From Candidatus Kaiserbacteria bacterium (lineage in GTDB: Bacteria; Patescibacteriota; Minisyncoccia; Phycocordibacterales; Phycocordibacteraceae): DNA of 64,000 bases. A program made the translations under genes and the position numbers. This document shows, piece after piece, positions 19,743-29,136 of the stretch. Below the pieces are notes generated by a model. The model saw nothing but the letters and a program-made list of their open reading frames with translations, was not told where the DNA came from and searched no databases. Numbering within the stretch: position 1 is the first letter of the stretch; every line of letters begins with the position of its first letter. The stretch lies in contig JAHFMN010000002.1 in NCBI GenBank assembly GCA_023264445.1, positions 142,720 through 206,719 of the forward strand, read 5' to 3'.

Positions 19743-20080
19743 ATGTTTCTATAATCGTGTACGAACTGCGCCGGTTTCAATCTGCGGTGTAATCATATCC
19801 TTTGCGCGAACCTTTTTCGAGCGGAACTGACTGCGCACGCTCCGCGTGCGTCCGCCCTTTCTGAACTGGAAGTTTCAATCTGCGGAGACGATTGCCAGAA
19901 CTTTGAACCGATAGGACGGCTCAACTACAGCAATGTTGATAGGATTATACGAAAATTGAGGAAAATGCATAAGGAGCATCCTGAGTGGTTTGAGACTCCG
20001 AAACCAAAATCTGATAAGGGTAAAAATGAAATTGATTATCCTATCTAAATCATTATTTAGTATCGGGATTCTCTGGATAC

Positions 20081-21214
20081 TTATGAAGTAATCCCTACCT
20101 CTGTAGTAAGAGTAATATTCAATCCGACTAATTTTTCGAGTTGATTTACAAAGTCGCTTTTAAGAAAATAGATATCCTCGTATCTCTTCGCTAATTGTTT
20201 TTGTTCTTCAATGTCCGGAACTATTACTCCCTTTTTTTCTACCATCGGGAACTCAATCTCAATGTCTTTTATGCGTGCCTTTCCAGCTTTTCTCGAGAAT
20301 CCGAATCCATTCTCCACTGCTTTTTCCTCTAGCACATACTTAACAAATTCGTAATCAATTAGTCCCTCCCATCGTTTCTGGAGGATCAGAGGTATTACTT
20401 TTTCTGACAGAGAAAATCGACCCGTTCTAAAGAATGCTTTGCCTACCGATCCATCGATGTTCCATGTCAGGATATCGTTGAAATATTTTATATCGGGCAG
20501 ATTGTCTTGGAGGTGACCATATCCCGGGAAATCTTCGTCTTTAGAGGCACTGAAGACGGGTATATCTCCTTTATGCTGATCTACAAATTGTTTCGTGAAT
20601 GAGCTCATATTTGTTTGTTCTTCGAGATCAAATATTTCCTCTATCGTGAGTGTCGTGCTTCTAGTTTCAACTGGAATGTCTAAAGTGGTTTCATTTAATG
20701 CGACGATCTCGCTCGTCAGATAGTTTTCAAGAGTTTCAATGACTTTATATTTCTTAATTAATTCCTTCTGCGCCACAATATCGTAGTTGTCATTCTCGTC
20801 TACAGGAATGGATATCTGTGCTTTTTTAACCATGGCAATGGGCACTTTTGTAAACTCATTTTTCCCTCGATCACCCTTTCTTCCTTTAGCCATAGAGCGG
20901 AGAATTGGCTGGAGAGCGTATCGCAAGTATTCGATATCTACCGACACGCCTTTTTTAAGCATTAATATTCCTCGATCTCCATTGATGGAAAACTTTCCAG
21001 TGATCATCTTTAGGAACCCACCGAATCCGTTAGTTGCCCATGTTAGAAATTCACCATCATAGTCATAGTGATTGATATGCGTAAGCGGCATTGAATTTGC
21101 GGCTGAGTAAACGGGGTACTCTCCCTTTATCTTTTCTCCATATTCCTTGGTATATACGGAGTTTCCTCTGATGGGATCAACGACATCTGTTAGTTTTAAC
21201 TTTTTAAGTTTCAT
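20081..21214 (-). CDS. restriction-modification specificity subunit (HsdS-like, two TRDs)
   Basis: Two repeated TRD units (YPVYSA / IPVFSA; LTW..xG), PDIEEQKQLA; overlaps the methylase stop; AT-rich. Confidence 0.8.
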   Translation of the reverse strand: MKLKKLKLTDVVDPIRGNSVYTKEYGEKIKGEYPVYSAANSMPLTHINHYDYDGEFLTWATNGFGGFLKMITGKFSINGDRGILMLKKGVSVDIEYLRYALQPILRSMAKGRKGDRGKNEFTKVPIAMVKKAQISIPVDENDNYDIVAQKELIKKYKVIETLENYLTSEIVALNETTLDIPVETRSTTLTIEEIFDLEEQTNMSSFTKQFVDQHKGDIPVFSASKDEDFPGYGHLQDNLPDIKYFNDILTWNIDGSVGKAFFRTGRFSLSEKVIPLILQKRWEGLIDYEFVKYVLEEKAVENGFGFSRKAGKARIKDIEIEFPMVEKKGVIVPDIEEQKQLAKRYEDIYFLKSDFVNQLEKLVGLNITLTTEVGITS

Positions 21215-23361
21215 TGATTTGTCTGGAGACCTTTAACTATCTCGTCGATCTTCGATTTGGTCTCTTGAATACGATCTAGGAATTGAGGCACTGTTAGGAC
21301 CTGTTTCTCATCTTCGATTCCTAATTCGACTTTCTCCTCCTCAGACCATAGACGGTCAACCGTCCAACTCTCAAGATCTACTGGGTCAAATATGTCTATG
21401 GGTTGAATCTTGCATCGGGGTGAGGCAGATATAAAGCTTTTTTTCGCGCCCTTGAATTGATTGAATAAACTGACCATCTCAGTCAGGTCATTTTTTTCAA
21501 TCGGGAATCTGTTTACGTCCAGTGTCTCTCCGATATTGGAAGCAAGATATGTAAATACTGGATCGGTTTGTTTGTGTTCTTTGCGCTCAGTTTCTGTCTT
21601 TCCAGATTTCTTAGTGATAGCGAGGATGTATGTCTTCTTAGGCGTGGTGTAGAAGGAGTTTATTGGTAGAGAGATTATGCCGTCTATCACGCATTCATTC
21701 TTTATAAATTCTCTTAGTCGTGCGTCGTTGATTCTGTGTAGAATTCCGTCCGGAATGATGACGAAAGCTTTTCGATTCGGCTTTAGGGTCCTTATGACCC
21801 ACTCCATGAAAAGTCCCTCTACGCCTATGCCGTTTACCTTGTAGAAAGCACTTAGATTGGAATCGCTCTTTATTGCTTCTTTGTAGTTACTACTACCGCT
21901 TGTGACGTAGGGAGGGTTGGTGAGGATCAGATCATACTTATCGCTCTCCGTTTTTGAGAGAGTCCCAAGTACAGTATTGCTTAGAAGCTTGAAAGTTGAG
22001 TTGAAAACGCGAGAGAATTCATGCGAAAGTGTCGGATTCTTAATAAGTAGTTCCGACAGGAAGATAAGCATGTTCGCCTTCGCTAGAATGATGGTGAGCT
22101 GTTCTTCTTTCTCAAAACCCTTGTCGAAGCCAGTGAGATTGAATCGCGGAAGGAGCTTTTCTCCTTTTACTTGGAAGTATCCATTCACCCCATCCTCTGT
22201 GAGCTTTATTGGCTCCAGTAAGAACCCTCCAACGCCGCAAGCCGGATCGCATATTTCCGCTCCCTCTTCAAGTTTTTCTATATCTGATATCTCAATGATT
22301 GCATCAATGATATTGCGAGGAGTGAAGTACTGACCCCAGTTCTTCTTACTGATACTCTTCTTCATAAAATCCTCGAAGACCTTGGACTTGAAGTTTGGAT
22401 CGATATTTTTAAGTTCTCCGAATTCGTTGAATTTCTTTAGAATCTTGTGGAAAACCTTTCCGTGCTCCGGAACGCTCGGATTAAGCACTGTACCGTTGAT
22501 GATCGTGGTCCCATCCTCCTTACTTGCAGGGAACATTGTCTTAAGCCAAGGTCTGACATTCTGATCATAATTCTTAAAAGCTTTGGCAGAGTCGAGACCA
22601 TAAATGTCACGGAAATTTACTTTATTACCCCTGTCATCTTCTTTTAGAATATCGAGATCGCTTAGATACTTAAAAATAAATATCTCCACGAAGGTGTATA
22701 AACATCGCTCTGGTGTCGCCCCACTGACAGACCACACATCTTGCCAGATTTGTTTCGCGAGAGTGCTTGGATCCACTAAGGTGCCCGGGATAATTTTTGA
22801 GTTTGTTGACGACATGAACTTTCGAACGGTCTCTAGATATTGCAAACTTGTTCTTGTCTTTGGATTTAGTTTTGTTGCATCATCCTCATCTATCTTTTGG
22901 TCAATAAGAAATTCCTTTATGAATGGGTTGTTGCCCTCATCTTTTATAATTGAATAGCTTCTTTTTTGACCCTTCGAATCAACGTAATCATTTGCACTAT
23001 CTGGTTGATTAGGGTTGATCCATACGTATGAAGTTTCATCTGTCGCAACACCCACTTCAGCACCTACCATTTGGCACACATCGTTGCATTGCTGTGCTGT
23101 TTTTATTTTGTCCTTTTCTGTTTTAAATTTTCCATCGTCTTTATATTCGACAACAAGAGCTACCCTAATATTTTTCCTGTTACGTCGGTCAACAAGTAGA
23201 CAGTCAGGTTTTCTTCCACCGCTCTCTTCATACTCTTTGTCAGGAATAATTTTAAATTTCTTTAGTTGATTAAGTGTAGTCGCGCCGATATTGTAATACT
23301 CAAAACCGCCCATCTTTAGACCGGCTTCTGTAAGACCACGTTGTTTCAGTTCTTCGCTCAT
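21211..23361 (-). CDS. fused PD-(D/E)xK endonuclease + N6-adenine methyltransferase (BcgI-alpha-like type IIB/IIG)
   Basis: KPDCLLVD..VVEYK; GQYFTPR, DPACGVGGFL, LTNPPY. Confidence 0.85.
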   Translation of the reverse strand: MSEELKQRGLTEAGLKMGGFEYYNIGATTLNQLKKFKIIPDKEYEESGGRKPDCLLVDRRNRKNIRVALVVEYKDDGKFKTEKDKIKTAQQCNDVCQMVGAEVGVATDETSYVWINPNQPDSANDYVDSKGQKRSYSIIKDEGNNPFIKEFLIDQKIDEDDATKLNPKTRTSLQYLETVRKFMSSTNSKIIPGTLVDPSTLAKQIWQDVWSVSGATPERCLYTFVEIFIFKYLSDLDILKEDDRGNKVNFRDIYGLDSAKAFKNYDQNVRPWLKTMFPASKEDGTTIINGTVLNPSVPEHGKVFHKILKKFNEFGELKNIDPNFKSKVFEDFMKKSISKKNWGQYFTPRNIIDAIIEISDIEKLEEGAEICDPACGVGGFLLEPIKLTEDGVNGYFQVKGEKLLPRFNLTGFDKGFEKEEQLTIILAKANMLIFLSELLIKNPTLSHEFSRVFNSTFKLLSNTVLGTLSKTESDKYDLILTNPPYVTSGSSNYKEAIKSDSNLSAFYKVNGIGVEGLFMEWVIRTLKPNRKAFVIIPDGILHRINDARLREFIKNECVIDGIISLPINSFYTTPKKTYILAITKKSGKTETERKEHKQTDPVFTYLASNIGETLDVNRFPIEKNDLTEMVSLFNQFKGAKKSFISASPRCKIQPIDIFDPVDLESWTVDRLWSEEEKVELGIEDEKQVLTVPQFLDRIQETKSKIDEIVKGLQTNQ

Positions 23362-23474
23362 CACACTAATCTTAGCAATTCCACAGAAAATGAAAAGGGG
23401 TCTCCCGCGTAAGAAAGTATTTCTCAAAACTAGTCAAATTCTGCTTGTTTTACAACAGTTCGAACTTGGACATC

Positions 23475-23566
23475 TGGCGGAGGGGGAGGGATTCGAACCC
23501 TCGATACGGTTTTACCCGTATAGCGAGTTAGCAACCCGCCGCACTAGGCCTCTATGCGACCCCTCC
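23475..23566 (-). tRNA. tRNA-Ser(GCT)
   Basis: GGAGGGG..GCGGG-TTGCTAA-CTCGC, long variable arm, GTTCGAATC, CCA end. Confidence 0.95.
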
Positions 23567-23588
23567 GTATTTCGCCACAGTATCAAAT

Positions 23589-24197
23589 TTAGTGAGCTAA
23601 AGCTAACGAAATGACGTGCGTGGCGCCCGCTTCTTGAAACGTGATGATGGCGGCTTGGAGGGTGGCGCCGGTGGTGATGACGTCGTCCAAGACTATATAA
23701 GTGTATGCGGGGTCGGCGCGGCGCGTTGCCCTGAACGCGCCGCGCATGTTTTCTATGCGCTCGCGGCGGGGAAGGGAGACTTGCGAAGCAGTGTCGCGGG
23801 TGCGGATGAGGAGGGTCGTCTTGAGCGGAATACTAAGCTCCTTTGCGGCACGCTTCGCGACTTCTTCCACCTGGTTGAAGCCGCGCTCCTTGCGCCGCGC
23901 CGCGCTTAGAGGCACCGGTACGATGACGGGCTTGCGGGAAGTCTCGTCCGCCTCCCGCAGGTATTCGGCAAGCGCGGCGGCGAGGAGCGCGAAAGCGCGC
24001 TCGCTCCCGCGATATTTCGCTTCGTGGATAGCCGCGCGCACGCGCGCATCGCGGAAAGGGAGGAGCGCAACCGTCTCTGGGTTCGTTTCGCCCACAAGCC
24101 GCGGCGAGAGGAGTGCAAGAAAATCATCATCCGAGACGCCGCGAAGGGCGAGCTCATCCGAACGTGGCGGAAACAAGAAATCCAGAAAGCGCAGCAT
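23589..24197 (-). CDS. comF: ComF family competence protein (PRTase fold)
   Basis: IVPVPLS..RRKERGFNQ, VLDDVITTGATL. Confidence 0.88.
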   Translation of the reverse strand: MLRFLDFLFPPRSDELALRGVSDDDFLALLSPRLVGETNPETVALLPFRDARVRAAIHEAKYRGSERAFALLAAALAEYLREADETSRKPVIVPVPLSAARRKERGFNQVEEVAKRAAKELSIPLKTTLLIRTRDTASQVSLPRRERIENMRGAFRATRRADPAYTYIVLDDVITTGATLQAAIITFQEAGATHVISLALAH

Positions 24198-24211
24198 GAT
24201 ATCATTCTCGC

Positions 24212-25309
24212 ATGGCGTTTTTCTCTAATCTCTTTGCCAAGAAGGAGACAAGTGTCGTCGGAATCGATATCGGTTCTTCATCTCTAAAAGTCGTTCAGTT
24301 GCGTAAAGAGCGCGGCCAAGCCGTCCTCGAGACATACGGAGAGCTCTCACTCGGTCCCTACGGTGGAGGAGAAATCGGCCAAGCCACCAATCTCTCGCCC
24401 GAGCAGATCACAGAGACGCTGAAAGACCTCCTGCGCGAAGCGAAGGTGACGACGAAAAGCTGCGGTGTCTCCATTCCATATTCGCGTTCGCTTCTCACGC
24501 TCGTCAGTCTGCCATATCGCGCCGACCCGAAGGAGCAGAAAACCGTCATCGAGCTTGAAGCGCGCAAATACATCCCCGTGCCCATCAGCGAAGTCCAACT
24601 CGACTGGTTCGTCGTGCCGGAGGGGAATCCCGCTCAATCAATGGGGAACAACAGCACCGAACCTCTCGCACAGGGTCCGAAGATAAAGGTCCTTCTGGTG
24701 GCCGTCCACAACGACGAGCTCACCCAGCTCCAGAATATCGTCGCCGGAGCGGGACTTTCCGCGAGTTTCTACGAGATAGAGATTTTCAGCACCATTCGTG
24801 CTGCCGTCCTTGAGCCGGTGAAGCCCGTCATGGTGCTCGACATCGGTGCGGCAACCACGAAGGTCTACGTCGTGGAGCATGGCGTGGTCGCGCTTTCTCA
24901 TGCGGTAAGTGTCGGAAGCCAAGACATCACACGCGCTATATCAGTCTCCGGCAATGTGTCGCTCACGCAAGCCGAAGCATTGAAGAAAGAAGAGGGGATT
25001 AGCGGTGCTCGTGCGCTCGGCTCTCCCGAGCTCGTCTTCTCGCGCATTTTCTCCGAAGCGCGTCGTGTCCTCGTGCAGTACGAGACGATGCATCATAAGT
25101 CCATTGCTTCCATAGTGTGTACGGGCGGCGGTGCGACGACGAAGGAGCTCGGCGAGTATGCGAAGGGCGTGTTTGCAATCGATGTACAGATAGCTGACCC
25201 GTTTGCGAAAACCGAAGCGCCGGCGTTCATGCGCCCCGTGCTTGAAGAGATCGGTCCAGAGTTTGCAGTCGCTGTCGGCATCGCGCTGCGCAAGCTTGAA
25301 GAGGTGTAA
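24212..25309 (+). CDS. pilM: type IV pilus assembly protein PilM
   Basis: GIDIGSSSLKVVQL, EARKYIP, LDIGA, TGGGA, AVAVGIALR. Confidence 0.9.
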   Translation: MAFFSNLFAKKETSVVGIDIGSSSLKVVQLRKERGQAVLETYGELSLGPYGGGEIGQATNLSPEQITETLKDLLREAKVTTKSCGVSIPYSRSLLTLVSLPYRADPKEQKTVIELEARKYIPVPISEVQLDWFVVPEGNPAQSMGNNSTEPLAQGPKIKVLLVAVHNDELTQLQNIVAGAGLSASFYEIEIFSTIRAAVLEPVKPVMVLDIGAATTKVYVVEHGVVALSHAVSVGSQDITRAISVSGNVSLTQAEALKKEEGISGARALGSPELVFSRIFSEARRVLVQYETMHHKSIASIVCTGGGATTKELGEYAKGVFAIDVQIADPFAKTEAPAFMRPVLEEIGPEFAVAVGIALRKLEEV

Positions 25310-25339
25310 CCCTTACCACTTTATAAAGTGGTAAGGGTT
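25308..25339. repeat. perfect 32-bp palindrome
   Basis: AACCCTTACCACTTTA|TAAAGTGGTAAGGGTT. Confidence 0.9.
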
Positions 25340-25398
25340 TTGCACAGTTGCCATACGGGTTGCTTGTGTAAATAACGTATACTGAAAGAGAACGTACC

Positions 25399-26058
25399 AT
25401 GCCTCCCACGATACCTACTTCGTTCATTCCTCAATCAGCGTCCGCATCGGCGCGCCATTTCCGTAGCGATTTTACCGGCGCCTTCGGCTTCTTCGCGTAT
25501 GCCGTGCTCGGCGTCGTCTTCTTGCTCGCCATCCTCGTGTTCTTCTACGGCGGTGTCCTCTCGGCTTCTAAAACGTCCAAGGATATGGCACTCGCGAATG
25601 CTCAGGCGAGCATCGACCCCGCGACGGTAGAAAACTTCGTGAAGTTGCGCAACCGCCTCACCTCCGGCGAGTCTCTGCTCGAAAAGCATGTCGCATTCTC
25701 TCCATTCTTCGCTCTGCTTGAGAGACTGCTTCCAGAGAGCGTACGCTTCACACTGCTGAATCTCTCGGTGAGCAATACTGGTACGACGAAGGTCGAGGCG
25801 GCCGGCATCGCGAAGAGCTTCAACGCGCTCGCCGTCGCCTCAAATGCGTTTGCGGCCGACGGCCGTATCAAGGACGCTATCTTTTCAAACATCAGCGTGA
25901 CGAAGAACGGTTTCGTCTCGTTCGCCCTCTCGGCGACGCTTGATCCAAAACTCATCTCCTTCACTTCTCCCTCCGCAGGATCGTTTGCACCTGAACCGAC
26001 TATGACCGAGCCCGCACCGGCAGAGTCGTCAGCCACGACTGCACCCCCTACGCTATGA
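25399..26058 (+). CDS. PilN-like pilus assembly protein
   Basis: TSFIP N-terminal motif, single TM, follows pilM. Confidence 0.6.
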   Translation: MPPTIPTSFIPQSASASARHFRSDFTGAFGFFAYAVLGVVFLLAILVFFYGGVLSASKTSKDMALANAQASIDPATVENFVKLRNRLTSGESLLEKHVAFSPFFALLERLLPESVRFTLLNLSVSNTGTTKVEAAGIAKSFNALAVASNAFAADGRIKDAIFSNISVTKNGFVSFALSATLDPKLISFTSPSAGSFAPEPTMTEPAPAESSATTAPPTL

Positions 26059-26600
26059 ACTCCCGCGTCCTTCCACTCGTCGCTCTAATCGTCGCCGGAG
26101 GCATGTTCTTCTTCTATGTGAATCCGGTCTGGAGTGGCCCAATCGCTGCGACGAAGGCTGCAATCGCACACGACGACCTAGCGCTTGCTGCCGCAAAGCA
26201 ATATGCGGCCCAGCAGAACGCGCTTGCTTCGGAGCGTGATGCGATCGATCCAAATGACCTCGCGCGCCTCACGACCTTCCTGCCTGACTCGGTGGATAAC
26301 GTCGGGCTCATCCTTGACTTGAATGGGCTTGCAGCGCGCTCGGGCCTCCTCTTGCAAAATATCGATGTAACGGCCAACAACACGGTTGTACCAGGCGCGC
26401 AGTCAACCGTCGCAACGAATCCAGTGGGCTCGGTCGACCTCTCGATATCCGCGGCTGGTCCGTATTCGGCCCTCCAGACATTTCTCGCCGGAGTAGAGCG
26501 AAGCGCGCGCCTGCTCGATCTGCGCAGCGTCATCGTGAAGGGTTCCGATACGGGCGTGTACGTCTACCAGATGACGCTGCGCCTGTACTGGCTCCGCTAG
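26055..26600 (+). CDS. PilO-like pilus assembly protein
   Basis: TM; LP...L..LA.RSGL; GPYSALQTFLAGVERSARLLD. Confidence 0.7.
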   Translation: MNSRVLPLVALIVAGGMFFFYVNPVWSGPIAATKAAIAHDDLALAAAKQYAAQQNALASERDAIDPNDLARLTTFLPDSVDNVGLILDLNGLAARSGLLLQNIDVTANNTVVPGAQSTVATNPVGSVDLSISAAGPYSALQTFLAGVERSARLLDLRSVIVKGSDTGVYVYQMTLRLYWLR

Positions 26601-26613
26601 CACTATATTTATT

Positions 26614-26898
26614 ATGAAAAACTCAAACGTCGTCCTCCTCATCCTCGCAACGCTCATTGTCGCTGCGGGCGTGTATTGGTATTTCTTCACCGGGACGGGC
26701 AATGATGCGCCACTTACCCCGACGACAGCCGAAAACGCCGCGCAGTCCCAGTTCCAGGTGCTCGTGAGCGAGCTACAGCCGATCACGTTTAATACCGGTA
26801 TATTTTCCAACCCGCAATTCCTGTCGCTCGTCGACCTCACCACGCCAGTTGCCCCTGAAATGAGCGGCCGCTTGGACCCCTTCGGCTCGGTCCATTAG
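26614..26898 (+). CDS. small membrane protein of pilus operon (PilP position)
   Basis: N-terminal TM; C-terminal GRLDPF; synteny. Confidence 0.55.
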   Translation: MKNSNVVLLILATLIVAAGVYWYFFTGTGNDAPLTPTTAENAAQSQFQVLVSELQPITFNTGIFSNPQFLSLVDLTTPVAPEMSGRLDPFGSVH

Positions 26899-26917
26899 CA
26901 CGAGCGGAAAATGAGTA

Positions 26918-28708
26918 ATGAACTTCCTCGCCTCCCTCGTCGATAAAGGACTCCTCTCCGCTGCTGATCAACGGGCTATACAAAACGAAGTTGCGCAGCA
27001 GCGTCCGCTTGCGGACGCGCTTTCCGAGCGCGGTCTCTCGCTTCCGGACGCTCTTGCGGAAGTTGGTGCTGCGTACGGCCTTCCTACGCGCATCCTCGGC
27101 GAGCCTCCAGCCGACGAAGAGGTATTCAGCTATATTCCGCTTGAGTCTGCTCGCCACTACAATTTCGTGCCGCTCGACGTCAATGAAGGCGCACTCGAAG
27201 TCGGCGTCACCGACCCCGACAATATCGAAGCACTTGATGCGCTGCAATTCATCTCGAGTAAGATCGGCATGCCATACAAGGTCTTCCTCATCACCAAGGA
27301 GGATTTCGACCGAGTCATTGATGCATATCAAAATATTTCAGGCGAGATAGGGAAGGCTCTTTCTGAATATGAGACGACGGCAGAACCCGCCGAGAAGGCA
27401 AAGGCCGCGCCGGACACCCCGGTGCTTCCAGAAGAGGCACCAGCGCTCGGCGAAGAAGCACCGCTCACACTCACCGACGCACGCGAGAATCTCAAAGCAG
27501 ACGCGCCAGTGACTAAGATCGTTTCTACGATATTGCGCTATGCCATCGATGGCCGCTCTTCCGACATCCACGTCGAGCCCACGCACGCAAAGACGCGTGT
27601 CCGCTTCCGTCTCGACGGCGACCTGCACACCTCACTTGAACTGCCGGCAAAGGTGCATGAGGCGGTCGTCGCGCGCATCAAAATCCTCGCTAAGCTTCGG
27701 CTCGACGAGAAGCGCAAACCGCAAGACGGCCGCTTCTCGGCCGTCGTCGAGAAGCGTCATATCGATTTCCGCGTCTCCACCTTCCCGACAGAGTATGGGG
27801 AGAAGGTCGTGATGCGTATCCTCGACCGCTCCGACACGACTGCGACGCTCGAGACAGTCGGATTCTCGGCCGAGCAGCTTGTGGAAGTCCGGAAGATGCT
27901 CCAAGTCCCGTACGGCATCATCCTGATTGCCGGACCGACTGGCTCCGGTAAGTCCACAACGCTCTTCGCCATGCTTTCCGAGACCGACCGCGAGACGGCG
28001 AACGTCGTCTCGCTTGAAGATCCGGTTGAGTACGAGATTCCCGGCGTCGCGCAGAGCCAGGTGCGACCGGAGATCGGCTACACGTTTGCCAACGGCCTGC
28101 GCTCCATCTTGCGCCAGGACCCGGACATCATCATGGTCGGCGAAATCCGCGATAAGGAGACCGCCGGGCTCGCGGTGCAAGCGGCGCTCACTGGCCACCT
28201 CGTCTTCTCCACCATTCACACCAACACCGCCGTCGGCGCTATCCCACGCCTCATCAATATGGGCGTGGACCCGTTCCTCATCGCACCGACCCTGATTTCC
28301 GTCATCGGTCAGCGACTCGTGCGTAAGCTCTGTCCGGGCGGCGGGAAGCCATTTCCCGTCAAAGACAGCGTGAAGCTTTTCCTCGACCGACAATTCGCCG
28401 ATCTGCCGGAGCAATATAGGAAGGAATTGCCGCCTTTCAAGGAGTTCTATCACGCAGCGGCCACGGCTGAGTGCCCGAACGGCACGCGCGGCCGCACTGG
28501 CGTCTTCGAGATATTGCGCATGGATAAGACGCTTGAGCAGGTCGTGCTCAAGCAGCCGGTGGAGGAGCATATTTTTGCCGCCGCGCGCGCAAACGGCATG
28601 CTTACTATGCGCGAGGACGCTATTAAAAAGGCGCTTGCCGGCGAGATACCGTTTGAAGACGTGAATACGCTCGGCGGGGAACTTTTCCCCGAGGAAGAAA
28701 CCGCTTGA
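26918..28708 (+). CDS. pilB: type IV pilus extension ATPase PilB/GspE
   Basis: SDIHVEP, PQDGRF, GPTGSGKST, LRQDPDIIMVGEIRD, TGHLVFSTIHTN. Confidence 0.93.
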   Translation: MNFLASLVDKGLLSAADQRAIQNEVAQQRPLADALSERGLSLPDALAEVGAAYGLPTRILGEPPADEEVFSYIPLESARHYNFVPLDVNEGALEVGVTDPDNIEALDALQFISSKIGMPYKVFLITKEDFDRVIDAYQNISGEIGKALSEYETTAEPAEKAKAAPDTPVLPEEAPALGEEAPLTLTDARENLKADAPVTKIVSTILRYAIDGRSSDIHVEPTHAKTRVRFRLDGDLHTSLELPAKVHEAVVARIKILAKLRLDEKRKPQDGRFSAVVEKRHIDFRVSTFPTEYGEKVVMRILDRSDTTATLETVGFSAEQLVEVRKMLQVPYGIILIAGPTGSGKSTTLFAMLSETDRETANVVSLEDPVEYEIPGVAQSQVRPEIGYTFANGLRSILRQDPDIIMVGEIRDKETAGLAVQAALTGHLVFSTIHTNTAVGAIPRLINMGVDPFLIAPTLISVIGQRLVRKLCPGGGKPFPVKDSVKLFLDRQFADLPEQYRKELPPFKEFYHAAATAECPNGTRGRTGVFEILRMDKTLEQVVLKQPVEEHIFAAARANGMLTMREDAIKKALAGEIPFEDVNTLGGELFPEEETA

Positions 28709-28736
28709 CCTCGGCACGTTGTATACTGAATCCACA

Positions 28737-29135
28737 ATGGCGTACCGAGTTTTTCTAGTTGATGACGATCGATTCCTTCTCGACCTATACGCCGTCAAGT
28801 TTAAGAACGCTGGACACGAAGTGAGCGTGTTCGGTAATGGCGAAGAGCTTCTTACTGGGCTGCGCAAGGCTGATACAGTCGCGCCGGACGCGATTCTGCT
28901 TGATCTCATCATGCCGGGTGTGGGAGGCTTCGAAGCGCTTGAGGCGATACGCAAGGAGCATCTGGCCAAAGGTACAAAAATAATCGTGCTCTCAAATCAG
29001 GGTCAAGATGCCGATATTGAGAAGGCAAAGTCGCTCTCTGCTGATGGCTACATCATCAAAGCGTCCGCAATCCCTTCGGAGGTACTTGCAGAAACTCTGA
29101 AAACAATCGAAGCGGGCGCGGCGAAATCAAGCTGA
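28737..29135 (+). CDS. single-domain response regulator
   Basis: VDDD, LLDLIMP, LSN, YIIK receiver motifs. Confidence 0.9.
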   Translation: MAYRVFLVDDDRFLLDLYAVKFKNAGHEVSVFGNGEELLTGLRKADTVAPDAILLDLIMPGVGGFEALEAIRKEHLAKGTKIIVLSNQGQDADIEKAKSLSADGYIIKASAIPSEVLAETLKTIEAGAAKSS

Positions 29136-29136
29136 T

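Noticed and set aside
19350-19754. 134-aa plus-strand ORF
   Set aside because: It crosses a terminator hairpin and is antisense to a more plausible membrane protein.
27632-28969. 445-aa minus-strand ORF
   Set aside because: Antisense to pilB and the receiver gene; typical GC-rich codon shadow.
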